DNA from: Veillonella parvula
GTDB lineage: Bacteria > Bacillota > Negativicutes > Veillonellales > Veillonellaceae
DNA length: 64,000 bases
Direction of reading: 5' to 3'
NCBI RefSeq assembly: GCF_032577575.1
Contig: NZ_JAWFVO010000003.1
Location: 122,793 to 186,792, forward strand
In this document: in pieces, positions 21,284-29,307 of the stretch
How the letters are laid out: the number at the start of each line of letters is the position of its first letter
How positions within the stretch are numbered: position 1 is the first letter of the stretch
Program-made: the position numbers and the translations under genes
Notes under the pieces: generated by a model
Told to the model about the DNA's origin: nothing
Databases searched by the model: none
Seen by the model: only the letters and a program-made list of their open reading frames with translations

Positions 21284-23302
21284 TTATTGTTGATTATACG
21301 TACAGATATACTCACGAACCTCACGAATATCATTAAGACATTGTTTTAACTCTCTTTTTATGTCTTCACTTTCAATAAACTGGCCCCGCTTTTCTTCACG
21401 TGCATGTGCCGTATCATTTCGACTACCTTTTAATGTTCTATACAGGTTTAATATGCGAGCCACTTGTGTTATTTTTTCTGGATTGCTTTTTAATACTGAA
21501 TTAAGTGTGAGTCCATCTATACCATAAAGTTGATGGGGAAATAAATCTATTGGATATTGATATGATACAAAATTAGCAAATAGAAAACGATATATATCAT
21601 CATTGTTTGAGTTCGTGAAGATTGAAATAAATGCATCTCTTACCTTAAAGAGTTTATTAGTGTCGTTAAGTGTAATTTCATATTGATCATTAACTGTTAC
21701 AACATCGCTAGGTAAATCTTTAATTTCTTTTAATTGATGTACAAGTGCAGCAGTAAAATATCTTCTAATATCTTTACTGAACTCATTTATACCTACAATA
21801 GATTTGGTATTTATACCTATATTACTGATAAGTCGCAGTAGCTTACTAGGCACATTAACATTATTATTGGTAAACGTTTTGTATTTCAAATAATTATGTG
21901 GCTCTTTTTCTGCTTCTTTTAAGATTATTTGATTAATATCGTTTATTAGTTGCTCTTCAAATTTAGGGTATTGTGTATCCTCTCTAGTAATGTTAGTGCT
22001 AATGTTATTTTTCTTGTTTTTTAATGTTCGTTGGATAATTTGCTTAGACTCTTTTGAAAAATCACCACTAAAGTATTTCAGTAATACGCTTTTTATTTTA
22101 TTATTAATCTTAGTCGCTCTATTGTTTACGATTTCCATTGTTTTGGCGGTATACTCATTAATCGTATTAAAGTTCTCCATAGAGGCACTCAATTCATTGT
22201 CTGAGTCTGTAGGGAAGATTGTGTCGTCTAAAATAATCATTTTAGATTCTAAAATAGCACGAGGTACAAATTCAGCGAATAGTGCTAAGGCTTGCTGTAG
22301 ATAACCATTAGCTAGGCACCAATCAATGTATGCTAAATCGTCTTCTTTATTAGCTAGCACTGTTTTATAGTTATTTTGAATTTTGCCACTCATTAATTTG
22401 AGTGCCTCAATTTCAAAGTTTTTATGGTTTTCCCTATTATTTGCAGGTATTTCTTGTTTAGAGGATTCGATATCTGTTAAAAGTTTATGAATGTCCTCCA
22501 TGGATCTTTGGAATATACCGCGACTAGATAGACGAACGGCTTCTGAAAAATCTCCCATGCTAGAGATTAGTTCTTTGATTTGGACATCGGGGTTATCTAA
22601 GGTGTTTACATAGTTTTTTAATGTATCAACACTACCAAATTGGTTGAACTCAGCAAATCCTGTAATCATATCGTAAATATTATAGATGGAGTTCCCTTCA
22701 TATACTCGCACTATGCTATTGTTATTTGCATTTACATTGGCATATAAAATAGATCCAATTTCAATACCTTGAAAAGCTACTAGTCTAATGATGGCAATCA
22801 TCAGCATAATCGCAGTTCGTGGGCCACCAGATAAGTCTACATGTAAGATAACCCTGTCGTCAGATGACTTGCTTTTGTAATATTCCATTATAGCTTGAGA
22901 CATATCTATGATGCTGTCCTTTAGATTGTCTATATAGTCGATGTCACCACAATCTATATAATTAATTGTTTCTGGGTCCCACGTAATAGGTATACTGGTT
23001 TTATTGATATAATCACACATTTGCTCTTCAAATACGTTTAGGCTTGATATGGTAGATTCTTTAAACGTATTCTCCATTTCTGGTGATTTAAAAAAGAATA
23101 GCTTATCTAATTTGAAAGCAGAGTTCTCTTTTCTTTTATTATGTAAAAGATACTTTAAAGCGGATTCATTGGTTTGACGGATGACATCAAAGGGAGCTAT
23201 CTCAGTAAGATTAACAACTGTTTTTTCTAGCTTTTGCGGATTATATGGATTATCTTTCGTATGTAAGGTGCTTAAAAATGTTAGGTAAATATGATGTTCC
23301 AT
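21284..23302 (-). CDS. Second CARF-HEPN nuclease, paralog of 19079-21223
   Basis: HVDLSGGPRT; TNESALKY; YIDWCL..YLQQAL; HEPN RNDTAH. Confidence 0.85.
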   Translation of the reverse strand: MEHHIYLTFLSTLHTKDNPYNPQKLEKTVVNLTEIAPFDVIRQTNESALKYLLHNKRKENSAFKLDKLFFFKSPEMENTFKESTISSLNVFEEQMCDYINKTSIPITWDPETINYIDCGDIDYIDNLKDSIIDMSQAIMEYYKSKSSDDRVILHVDLSGGPRTAIMLMIAIIRLVAFQGIEIGSILYANVNANNNSIVRVYEGNSIYNIYDMITGFAEFNQFGSVDTLKNYVNTLDNPDVQIKELISSMGDFSEAVRLSSRGIFQRSMEDIHKLLTDIESSKQEIPANNRENHKNFEIEALKLMSGKIQNNYKTVLANKEDDLAYIDWCLANGYLQQALALFAEFVPRAILESKMIILDDTIFPTDSDNELSASMENFNTINEYTAKTMEIVNNRATKINNKIKSVLLKYFSGDFSKESKQIIQRTLKNKKNNISTNITREDTQYPKFEEQLINDINQIILKEAEKEPHNYLKYKTFTNNNVNVPSKLLRLISNIGINTKSIVGINEFSKDIRRYFTAALVHQLKEIKDLPSDVVTVNDQYEITLNDTNKLFKVRDAFISIFTNSNNDDIYRFLFANFVSYQYPIDLFPHQLYGIDGLTLNSVLKSNPEKITQVARILNLYRTLKGSRNDTAHAREEKRGQFIESEDIKRELKQCLNDIREVREYICTYNQQ

Positions 23303-23617
23303 AATATGGCTCCTAGAGAATCGAGAATTAAAAATGAAGCTTTTATGAATACTATACCAAATTTTATATAAATTACATAGAGCCTAGCCCATAGTAAAAT
23401 AATAGATATATAAGCGAATCTTAAAATTTATGTTTACGTCTTAGTTTTCTTGAATAGGGATATATGGGTTCACATTTTATAATAACCTTGTAACCTAAAT
23501 AAAATACCTTTTGATTCATAAAACCAAAGATTCGTTCTACTTTTATGAACTCATAGGTAGACCGGATTAGTTCATACTTTAGATGGTTAATTTAAGTTCA
23601 TATAATAAGGAGGTAAC

Positions 23618-23650
23618 ATGTGTAGAAAGATTAGTCGTGTAGATATGTAA
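23618..23650 (+). CDS. Micro-ORF MCRKISRVDM (10 aa)
   Basis: Perfect TAAGGAGGT RBS. Confidence 0.45.
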   Translation: MCRKISRVDM

Positions 23651-23697
23651 TTGTACTTTTGTTGTTTCAGGCTTTTAGTATAGGAGGAGGTGTTTGT

Positions 23698-23748
23698 ATG
23701 GAACTATTTGTTGAGTTTGGTTTAGTTCATGTTTGTGTTGAGGAGTAA
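23698..23748 (+). CDS. Micropeptide MELFVEFGLVHVCVEE (16 aa)
   Basis: AGGAGGAGGTG RBS; acidic tail. Confidence 0.55.
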   Translation: MELFVEFGLVHVCVEE

Positions 23749-23780
23749 TTTTGATCATTATAATTGAATCTGATGTTAAT

Positions 23781-23820
23781 TAGACCTATTCATATGATGT
23801 CTCATATGAGTAGGTCTTTT
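23781..23820 (+). terminator. Intrinsic terminator closing a micropeptide cassette
   Basis: AGACCTATTCATATGA/TCATATGAGTAGGTCT plus U tract; homolog at ~25901-25936. Confidence 0.75.
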
Positions 23821-24122
23821 ATATATGTAACATTTGGTCACAATCATTTTCTACTGTAATAAATGTATTATAAAATTTGCTGAATATAAGTTTTATCTGT
23901 ATTTGGCTAAGATGATTAAAAAAGAAAATGATAAGGAATATTGACGCCAAATTCAAAAAACCTTATAATAACTGTAATCTTAGAAAAATCATTTACCACC
24001 AGTATTTACCTATGTTCATGAGCATTTTTAATCTAAGGGGAGCACAAACTGACCGTTTTCGGTATGAGGTTTTCCAAAACCTATTTTTTAGCCCCATGAA
24101 TACTGGCTTTCTGAGAGACACT

Positions 24123-24953
24123 GTTGCAACAGTACTTACCGTTTACGGTATTGAAACATAAAGGTCAAGTAATTTTCTGTATTGGTTCTGCAGAGTTGCA
24201 ACAGTACTTACCGTTTACGGTATTGAAACAAAGCTCATCAGCATTAATAAGTCGGATAGTATATTTATGTTGCAACAGTACTTACCGTTTACGGTATTGA
24301 AACTTATGATAACTTTGGCCATCTAGTTCTGATTCATTCCCAGTTGCAACAGTACTTACCGTTTACGGTATTGAAACTTCTTGAATTGCTGGGGTTAAAA
24401 TGCCTTTAATGAGTTGGTTGCAACAGTACTTACCGTTTACGGTATTGAAACTGATAGTCTCCTTTGCAAAATAGTACCGGATTTTTTAGTTGCAACAGTA
24501 CTTACCGTTTACGGTATTGAAACACGAAAAATTAAATTGTTCAATAGTATTTTTCTACGTGTTGCAACAGTACTTACCGTTTACGGTATTGAAACGCTTT
24601 GATTTCGGTAGGTATGCTTCTTTATATTTATGGTTGCAACAGTACTTACCGTTTACGGTATTGAAACATGAACAGTCTCTTCGGATGCATGTATTTTCTT
24701 TTCGGTTGCAACAGTACCTACCGTTTACGGTATTGAAACTTATATACGAATTTCATAATTATTCTCCTCTACCGGTTGCAACAGTACCTACCGTTTACGG
24801 TATTGAAACATTCCATTTAAAGATGCCTCTGTATCGTCAATACACACAGTTGTAACAGTACTTACCGTTTACGGTATTGAAACGTTTTAAGACGATGTGT
24901 TTCTTTTTCGCCCATATCATGCAAGTTGCAACAGTACTTACCGTTTACGGTAT
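24123..24953 (+). CRISPR. Array 4, family A (GTAC variant), 12 repeats/11 spacers; last repeat interrupted
   Basis: GTTGCAACAGTACTTACCGTTTACGGTATTGAAAC. Confidence 0.97.
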
Positions 24954-25050
24954 GCGCCGAAGGGTGCAAGACAGCAGAGGAGCAAAGCGACGATGAGGTC
25001 CGCACATCTCAAGTACCTGAACGAAGTGAAGGTAAAACAAGGGTGATAAG
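24954..25050 (+). repeat. Repeat-embedded ~100-nt element, array 4 copy
   Basis: Near-identical to 26275-26378 and 26471-26574; followed by a degenerate repeat remainder. Confidence 0.9.
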
Positions 25051-25312
25051 ACAATAGTACTTACTGTTTATGATTGTGTATTTTCATATTTAATGCAAAA
25101 GAGTGAATCTAAAGATCCACTCTTTTTTTTGTGTCTTAGTTATTTTGAATATGGACTTGTCGCTTTTCATTTTATAATGATTTTGTAGCCCAAAGGGAAA
25201 TACTTGAATTATAGAGATGGTCGTTCGCCTTAGTTTTTATGAATTCAATTGTATCTTTGATAAGGTTATACTATGGATAGTTAATTTAGTCATATGAGTT
25301 GGGAGGTAATGA

Positions 25313-25345
25313 ATGACTTGTAGAATTGGATATTTGAAATTGTAA
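25313..25345 (+). CDS. Micro-ORF MTCRIGYLKL (10 aa)
   Basis: GGGAGGT RBS. Confidence 0.45.
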   Translation: MTCRIGYLKL

Positions 25346-25392
25346 ATGTCAAAGGATTTGTTTTGTTTATATGTATTTTAGGAGGAATTAAT

Positions 25393-25500
25393 ATGCTACC
25401 ATTATTTGCAGCAGCAGCGGCCGCAGCCGCATGGGAAGGTTTTGCAGCAGGTGTATTATTAGGTGTGTCCGTATATCAAGCCGTTAAGTCTGATGACTAG
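25393..25500 (+). CDS. Hydrophobic peptide MLPLFAAAAAAAAWEGFAAGVLLGVSVYQAVKSDD (35 aa)
   Basis: AGGAGG RBS; poly-Ala with mixed codons, GxxxG, acidic tail. Confidence 0.7.
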   Translation: MLPLFAAAAAAAAWEGFAAGVLLGVSVYQAVKSDD

Positions 25501-25536
25501 TTGTTGGTTGATATATTAAGAAAGGTAGGTGATAGT

Positions 25537-25596
25537 ATGTATCCATATATAGGTTTTGCCGTAGGATTAATAGTATGTAAATTATTTGAGGACTAA
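25537..25596 (+). CDS. Micropeptide MYPYIGFAVGLIVCKLFED (19 aa)
   Basis: AGGTAGGTGA RBS. Confidence 0.6.
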   Translation: MYPYIGFAVGLIVCKLFED

Positions 25597-25613
25597 TACA
25601 AGGAGAAAATAGT

Positions 25614-25667
25614 ATGAAACAATTGTTACAATATAAATTAGTAGAAAACAGGAGATGTAAGTTTTAA
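25614..25667 (+). CDS. Micropeptide MKQLLQYKLVENRRCKF (17 aa)
   Basis: AAGGAG RBS. Confidence 0.45.
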   Translation: MKQLLQYKLVENRRCKF

Positions 25668-25707
25668 GGATTGTATTAAAAGGTTTTAATTGTAATGAGG
25701 TGAAAAT

Positions 25708-25788
25708 ATGGATGAACTATTGGATCTAGTAATAGAACTAGTTGTTGATGAAGCAGTAGATTTTGTACTAGACGAATTATTTGATTGA
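25708..25788 (+). CDS. Acidic amphipathic peptide MDELLDLVIELVVDEAVDFVLDELFD (26 aa)
   Basis: GAGGTGA RBS; only acidic and hydrophobic residues. Confidence 0.6.
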   Translation: MDELLDLVIELVVDEAVDFVLDELFD

Positions 25789-25805
25789 GTATAGGAGAGG
25801 TGTAC

Positions 25806-25865
25806 ATGTCAACTCTAATAGGATTATTATTGTTGTATATATTCGCTTGGTATCTTGAGGATTAA
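25806..25865 (+). CDS. Micropeptide MSTLIGLLLLYIFAWYLED (19 aa)
   Basis: AGGAGAGGTG RBS; TM-like with acidic tail. Confidence 0.6.
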   Translation: MSTLIGLLLLYIFAWYLED

Positions 25866-26245
25866 TAGTAGAAATAATGATGGAATATAATTGTATATAG
25901 GCCTATTCATATGATATCGTATGGATAGGTCTTTTTATATGTAGTAGATAGACTAAATCCTTTTTTAGGTATTCAAATTAAGTTAAAAGTTGTTAAACTT
26001 AGATACTATCTACATTTAATTAAAAATAAGCCATAAGTCAGAAAGAAAACGATAAAGAATATTGACGTAAAATCGAGAAACCCTTATAATTACTGTAACC
26101 TTAGAAAAATCATTTACCACCAGTATTTACTTATGCTTATCGGTATTTTTGATCCAATGGGAGCTCAATCTGACCGTTTACGGTGTGAGGTTTGCCAAAA
26201 CTTAATTTTAAGCCCCATGAATACTGGCTTTCTGAGGTATGCTGT

Positions 26246-26672
26246 GTTGCAACAGTGCTTACCGTTTACGGTATGCGCCGAAGGGTGCGAGACAACAGAG
26301 GAGCAAAGCAACGATGAGGTCCGCACATCTCAAGTGCCTGAACGAAGTGAAGGTAAAACGAAGGTGATAAGGGATTCAGCTTACCGTTTACGGTATTGAA
26401 ACGGTGTCATTGGGTCTTCAGAAACAGTAATTACCTACCCAGTTGCAACAGCTTTTACCGTTTGCGGTATGCGCAGAAGGGTGCGAGACAGCAGAGAATC
26501 AAAGCGACGATGAGGTCCGCACATCTCAAGTACCTGAACGAAGTAAAGGTAAAACGAAGGTGATAAAGGATTCAGCTTACCGTTTACGGTATTGAAACTC
26601 TTTATCAATTTCAGTAGCTTTAGGTAAATTTACAGTTGCAACAGCTCTTACCGTTTACGGTATGCGTCGAAG
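26246..26672 (+). CRISPR. Array 5: full leader, two 157-nt expanded repeats, 2 spacers and a partial third repeat
   Basis: Repeats 26246-26402 and 26442-26598; spacers 26403-26441 and 26599-26634. Confidence 0.88.
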
Positions 26673-26844
26673 AATGGGAATATCTAACTTAAAAATTACA
26701 TAATAATAAAGAACTGTGTTTTTGTGTATATCACACAAAGATACAGTTCTTTTTTTGTTCCTAGTTTTTCTGATTAGTTTACTTTCAGTATGATTCGTAT
26801 AATGAACTCAACAAGTTTAATTGGTCTTATATAGGAGGTAGTAT

Positions 26845-26907
26845 ATGGCAATGTTGTTTTTAACTTTATTGGTGTGGTTTATATTACCATCACGGAATGA
26901 TTATTAA
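26845..26907 (+). CDS. Micropeptide MAMLFLTLLVWFILPSRNDY (20 aa)
   Basis: TAGGAGGT RBS; first ORF after the shared promoter at 26759. Confidence 0.55.
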   Translation: MAMLFLTLLVWFILPSRNDY

Positions 26908-26917
26908 GGAGGGTATT

Positions 26918-27316
26918 ATGGAAAATTTACAGCAAGAATTAAAGTCTATGTTGTCCTTATCAGGGCGTATGAATCGTCGCTCTTATTTTATGAATTTGTT
27001 GATGATTATTGGTATTGGCTATCTTGGGGGCCTTTGTATTAGTCTTGCCCCTGTATCAAAGTTTTTCTGGGTATTGGGTTGGTCAATCATAGGGTATTCT
27101 GTTGTTCGAGAGTTAGCTATTGCATCGCGTCGTATTCATGATTTAAATGGGCCAACTTATCTAGCAGGTATTTATATTGTGGCCGCTATAATAGCTATTT
27201 TTGAGCCCACTTTGGCTAAAATAATGGGATTTGTAAAAATTGGTTTAGTGCTGATGCCAGGGAATGAAGATCCTAATAATTATGGTGAAAAACCGGATTC
27301 AATGATTGTTGTTTAG
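26918..27316 (+). CDS. DUF805 (YhaH-like) membrane protein
   Basis: GRMNRRSYF, RRIHDLN, PG...NNYGE motifs. Confidence 0.88.
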   Translation: MENLQQELKSMLSLSGRMNRRSYFMNLLMIIGIGYLGGLCISLAPVSKFFWVLGWSIIGYSVVRELAIASRRIHDLNGPTYLAGIYIVAAIIAIFEPTLAKIMGFVKIGLVLMPGNEDPNNYGEKPDSMIVV

Positions 27317-27332
27317 TAAAGGAGTAAATGGA

Positions 27333-27413
27333 ATGACTGGCTTCATAGGGATATTTTTGTGTGGGATTGTATTGCTTATGATTTTTGATTCTCTGATTAA
27401 TGGTAGAAAGTAA
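27333..27413 (+). CDS. Small TM peptide MTGFIGIFLCGIVLLMIFDSLINGRK (26 aa)
   Basis: AAAGGAG RBS; fills the gap before cas2. Confidence 0.55.
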   Translation: MTGFIGIFLCGIVLLMIFDSLINGRK

Positions 27414-27430
27414 AGATACAGGAGGTTCTG

Positions 27431-27706
27431 ATGCAGTATCTTATTTCTTATGATATTTCCGATACTAAAATTAGAAATAAGGTAGTTAAGTATTTAGAAT
27501 CCTTCTGTTACCGCGTACAGTATAGTGTGTTTTTATGTGTTCATGCTCACGTTAGAGTAGAAACGATTGCCAAAAAGCTCGAGGTGCTAACACAAGGGGA
27601 TGAAACACGGCGTCTCCTCATCGTCTCTATTTCTGACACAGCTAAGACACCTATATGGTGTAATAAAATGATTCCATTAACAGAGGATAAGATGTTGATC
27701 ATTTAA
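27431..27706 (+). CDS. cas2: Cas2
   Basis: YLISYDISD, RVQYSVF. Confidence 0.93.
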   Translation: MQYLISYDISDTKIRNKVVKYLESFCYRVQYSVFLCVHAHVRVETIAKKLEVLTQGDETRRLLIVSISDTAKTPIWCNKMIPLTEDKMLII

Positions 27707-27720
27707 TTTTGTAGGAGGTT

Positions 27721-28719
27721 GTGATGTTAGAAACTTTATATGTAATGACACCTGGTATATCGATACGACAAGATGGAGGATTGTTAGTACTTGAAAAAGA
27801 TCATTCTGTTATTAAAGAAATTCCTATAGCGACTGTATCAAATCTTGTATTAGGCCGAACGATTCAAATTTCTACGCAGGTTATGTTTTCTTTAGTGAAG
27901 CAAGGTTCTCTCATTCAGTTTGTAGATTATAAGTATCAGCTTGTAGGGACCTTAGGGGATGAGCATACGACTTTACAACGTTTGTTGTGGCAAGTAGCAT
28001 GCTTTCAAAATCAAGAATTTGCCTTAGATGGGGCCAAATATATTGTGCGACGTAAGATTAAAGGTCAGATAGCCTTGTTGAATCAGTACAAAAAGAGTAA
28101 ATGCATTCCAAATTTTGTGGCCGTACATAGAACGATGCAAGCGTTGCTGAAACGTGTAGAAAGAACAAAAAAAGTAGACACATTACGTGGTATAGAGGGA
28201 TTAGCATCTAGGACTTATTTTTCTGTATTAAGACATGTATTATCTGAACCATGGGAATTTTCTGGCCGTAGACGTCATCCTAGCCCTGATCCTGTTAACG
28301 CTATCTTGAGTTATGGCTATTCGTTTTTAGAACGGGAAGTACGTGCCTGTTTGTTGACTGCTGGTTTAGATGTACGCATAGGTGTTCTACATAGCACGAA
28401 TAATCGAAAGGATAGTTTAGTGTACGATGTAATGGATATATTTAGACAAGATATAATCGATCGCTTTGTATTAAAACTATTGAATCGTCATATGATACTC
28501 CCTGAAGATTTTGATCTATCAGAACGAGGTTGTTTTTTATCTAAAGAGACCAATAAGGAATGGGTGGAGCTTTATGAGGACTATATGAAAGCGGAGCTTT
28601 CTCGCCTTGATAATCTAGCACCAAGAAAATGGATTCAACAAGAAATACAAGCTTTTATTTCATATCTCAAATCGTTAGGTGAAACAGTAGATATTGAAAA
28701 ATCTGAGAATATATCTTGA
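27721..28719 (+). CDS. cas1: Cas1
   Basis: LRGIEG, GRRRHPSPDPVNAILSYGY, GVLH, SLVYDVMD. Confidence 0.95.
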   Translation: MMLETLYVMTPGISIRQDGGLLVLEKDHSVIKEIPIATVSNLVLGRTIQISTQVMFSLVKQGSLIQFVDYKYQLVGTLGDEHTTLQRLLWQVACFQNQEFALDGAKYIVRRKIKGQIALLNQYKKSKCIPNFVAVHRTMQALLKRVERTKKVDTLRGIEGLASRTYFSVLRHVLSEPWEFSGRRRHPSPDPVNAILSYGYSFLEREVRACLLTAGLDVRIGVLHSTNNRKDSLVYDVMDIFRQDIIDRFVLKLLNRHMILPEDFDLSERGCFLSKETNKEWVELYEDYMKAELSRLDNLAPRKWIQQEIQAFISYLKSLGETVDIEKSENIS

Positions 28720-28911
28720 TAGTAGGGGCCGATGTATATGTAAAAATATGGTATCAGCCTATACATTCGTGTAATTATATACAATTTATAAAATATGAAA
28801 AATCTTTCATAAATCATGTATTTATGAGTGATTTTTTTTATACGATTTGCTATTATTAAAGATGAATAATAAATGAATTTTGTTTTGTAGTTTGTATAGT
28901 GAGGAGTGGTT

Positions 28912-29277
28912 ATGTTTATCAATCATACGAATCATCCTTCTCAATATTGGTCGGATGAACAGTTGGCAGCAGCTCATCAATATGGTGAGGTGGTAGATAT
29001 ACCATTTCCCCTCATTGATCCAGCGTTACCATCTGGTGAAATTGGGCAGCTAGTACAGGAATATGCAGGGAGGATTATAAGTCTTAATCCACAGGCTGTC
29101 TTGTGCCAGGGGGAATTTGTATACTGTCACGCTTTAGTGGAACGACTATTAGCAGTGGGAATTACTGTATTAGCGGCCACTAGTGAGCGCTTGGTGAGTG
29201 AATCTTACGAAGCAGGCATAAATGAGAAAATCGTCAACTTTCAGTTTGTTCAATTTCGAGAATATTGTCATTTATAA
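28912..29277 (+). CDS. Csx20/Csx15-like small protein, putative cOA ring nuclease
   Basis: NHTNHPS..W, IPFP.IDP, QGEF, AATSER, FVQFREY; immediately upstream of cas10. Confidence 0.65.
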   Translation: MFINHTNHPSQYWSDEQLAAAHQYGEVVDIPFPLIDPALPSGEIGQLVQEYAGRIISLNPQAVLCQGEFVYCHALVERLLAVGITVLAATSERLVSESYEAGINEKIVNFQFVQFREYCHL

Positions 29278-29307
29278 ATGTTGTGTTAATAGGTAAGGAG
29301 TGAGCCT

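Noticed and set aside
21268..21312. Motif-like TTTAGTTTTTATGAAAT with TATACT, pointing antisense into the CARF gene
   Set aside because: Spacing is 37 and it overlaps a terminator U tract; not counted
26311..26350. Hammerhead-like GATGAG-GTCC..GAAC-GAA in the embedded element
   Set aside because: Core CUGA and GAAA are not intact (ACGA, GAAG) and I could not find stems I and III
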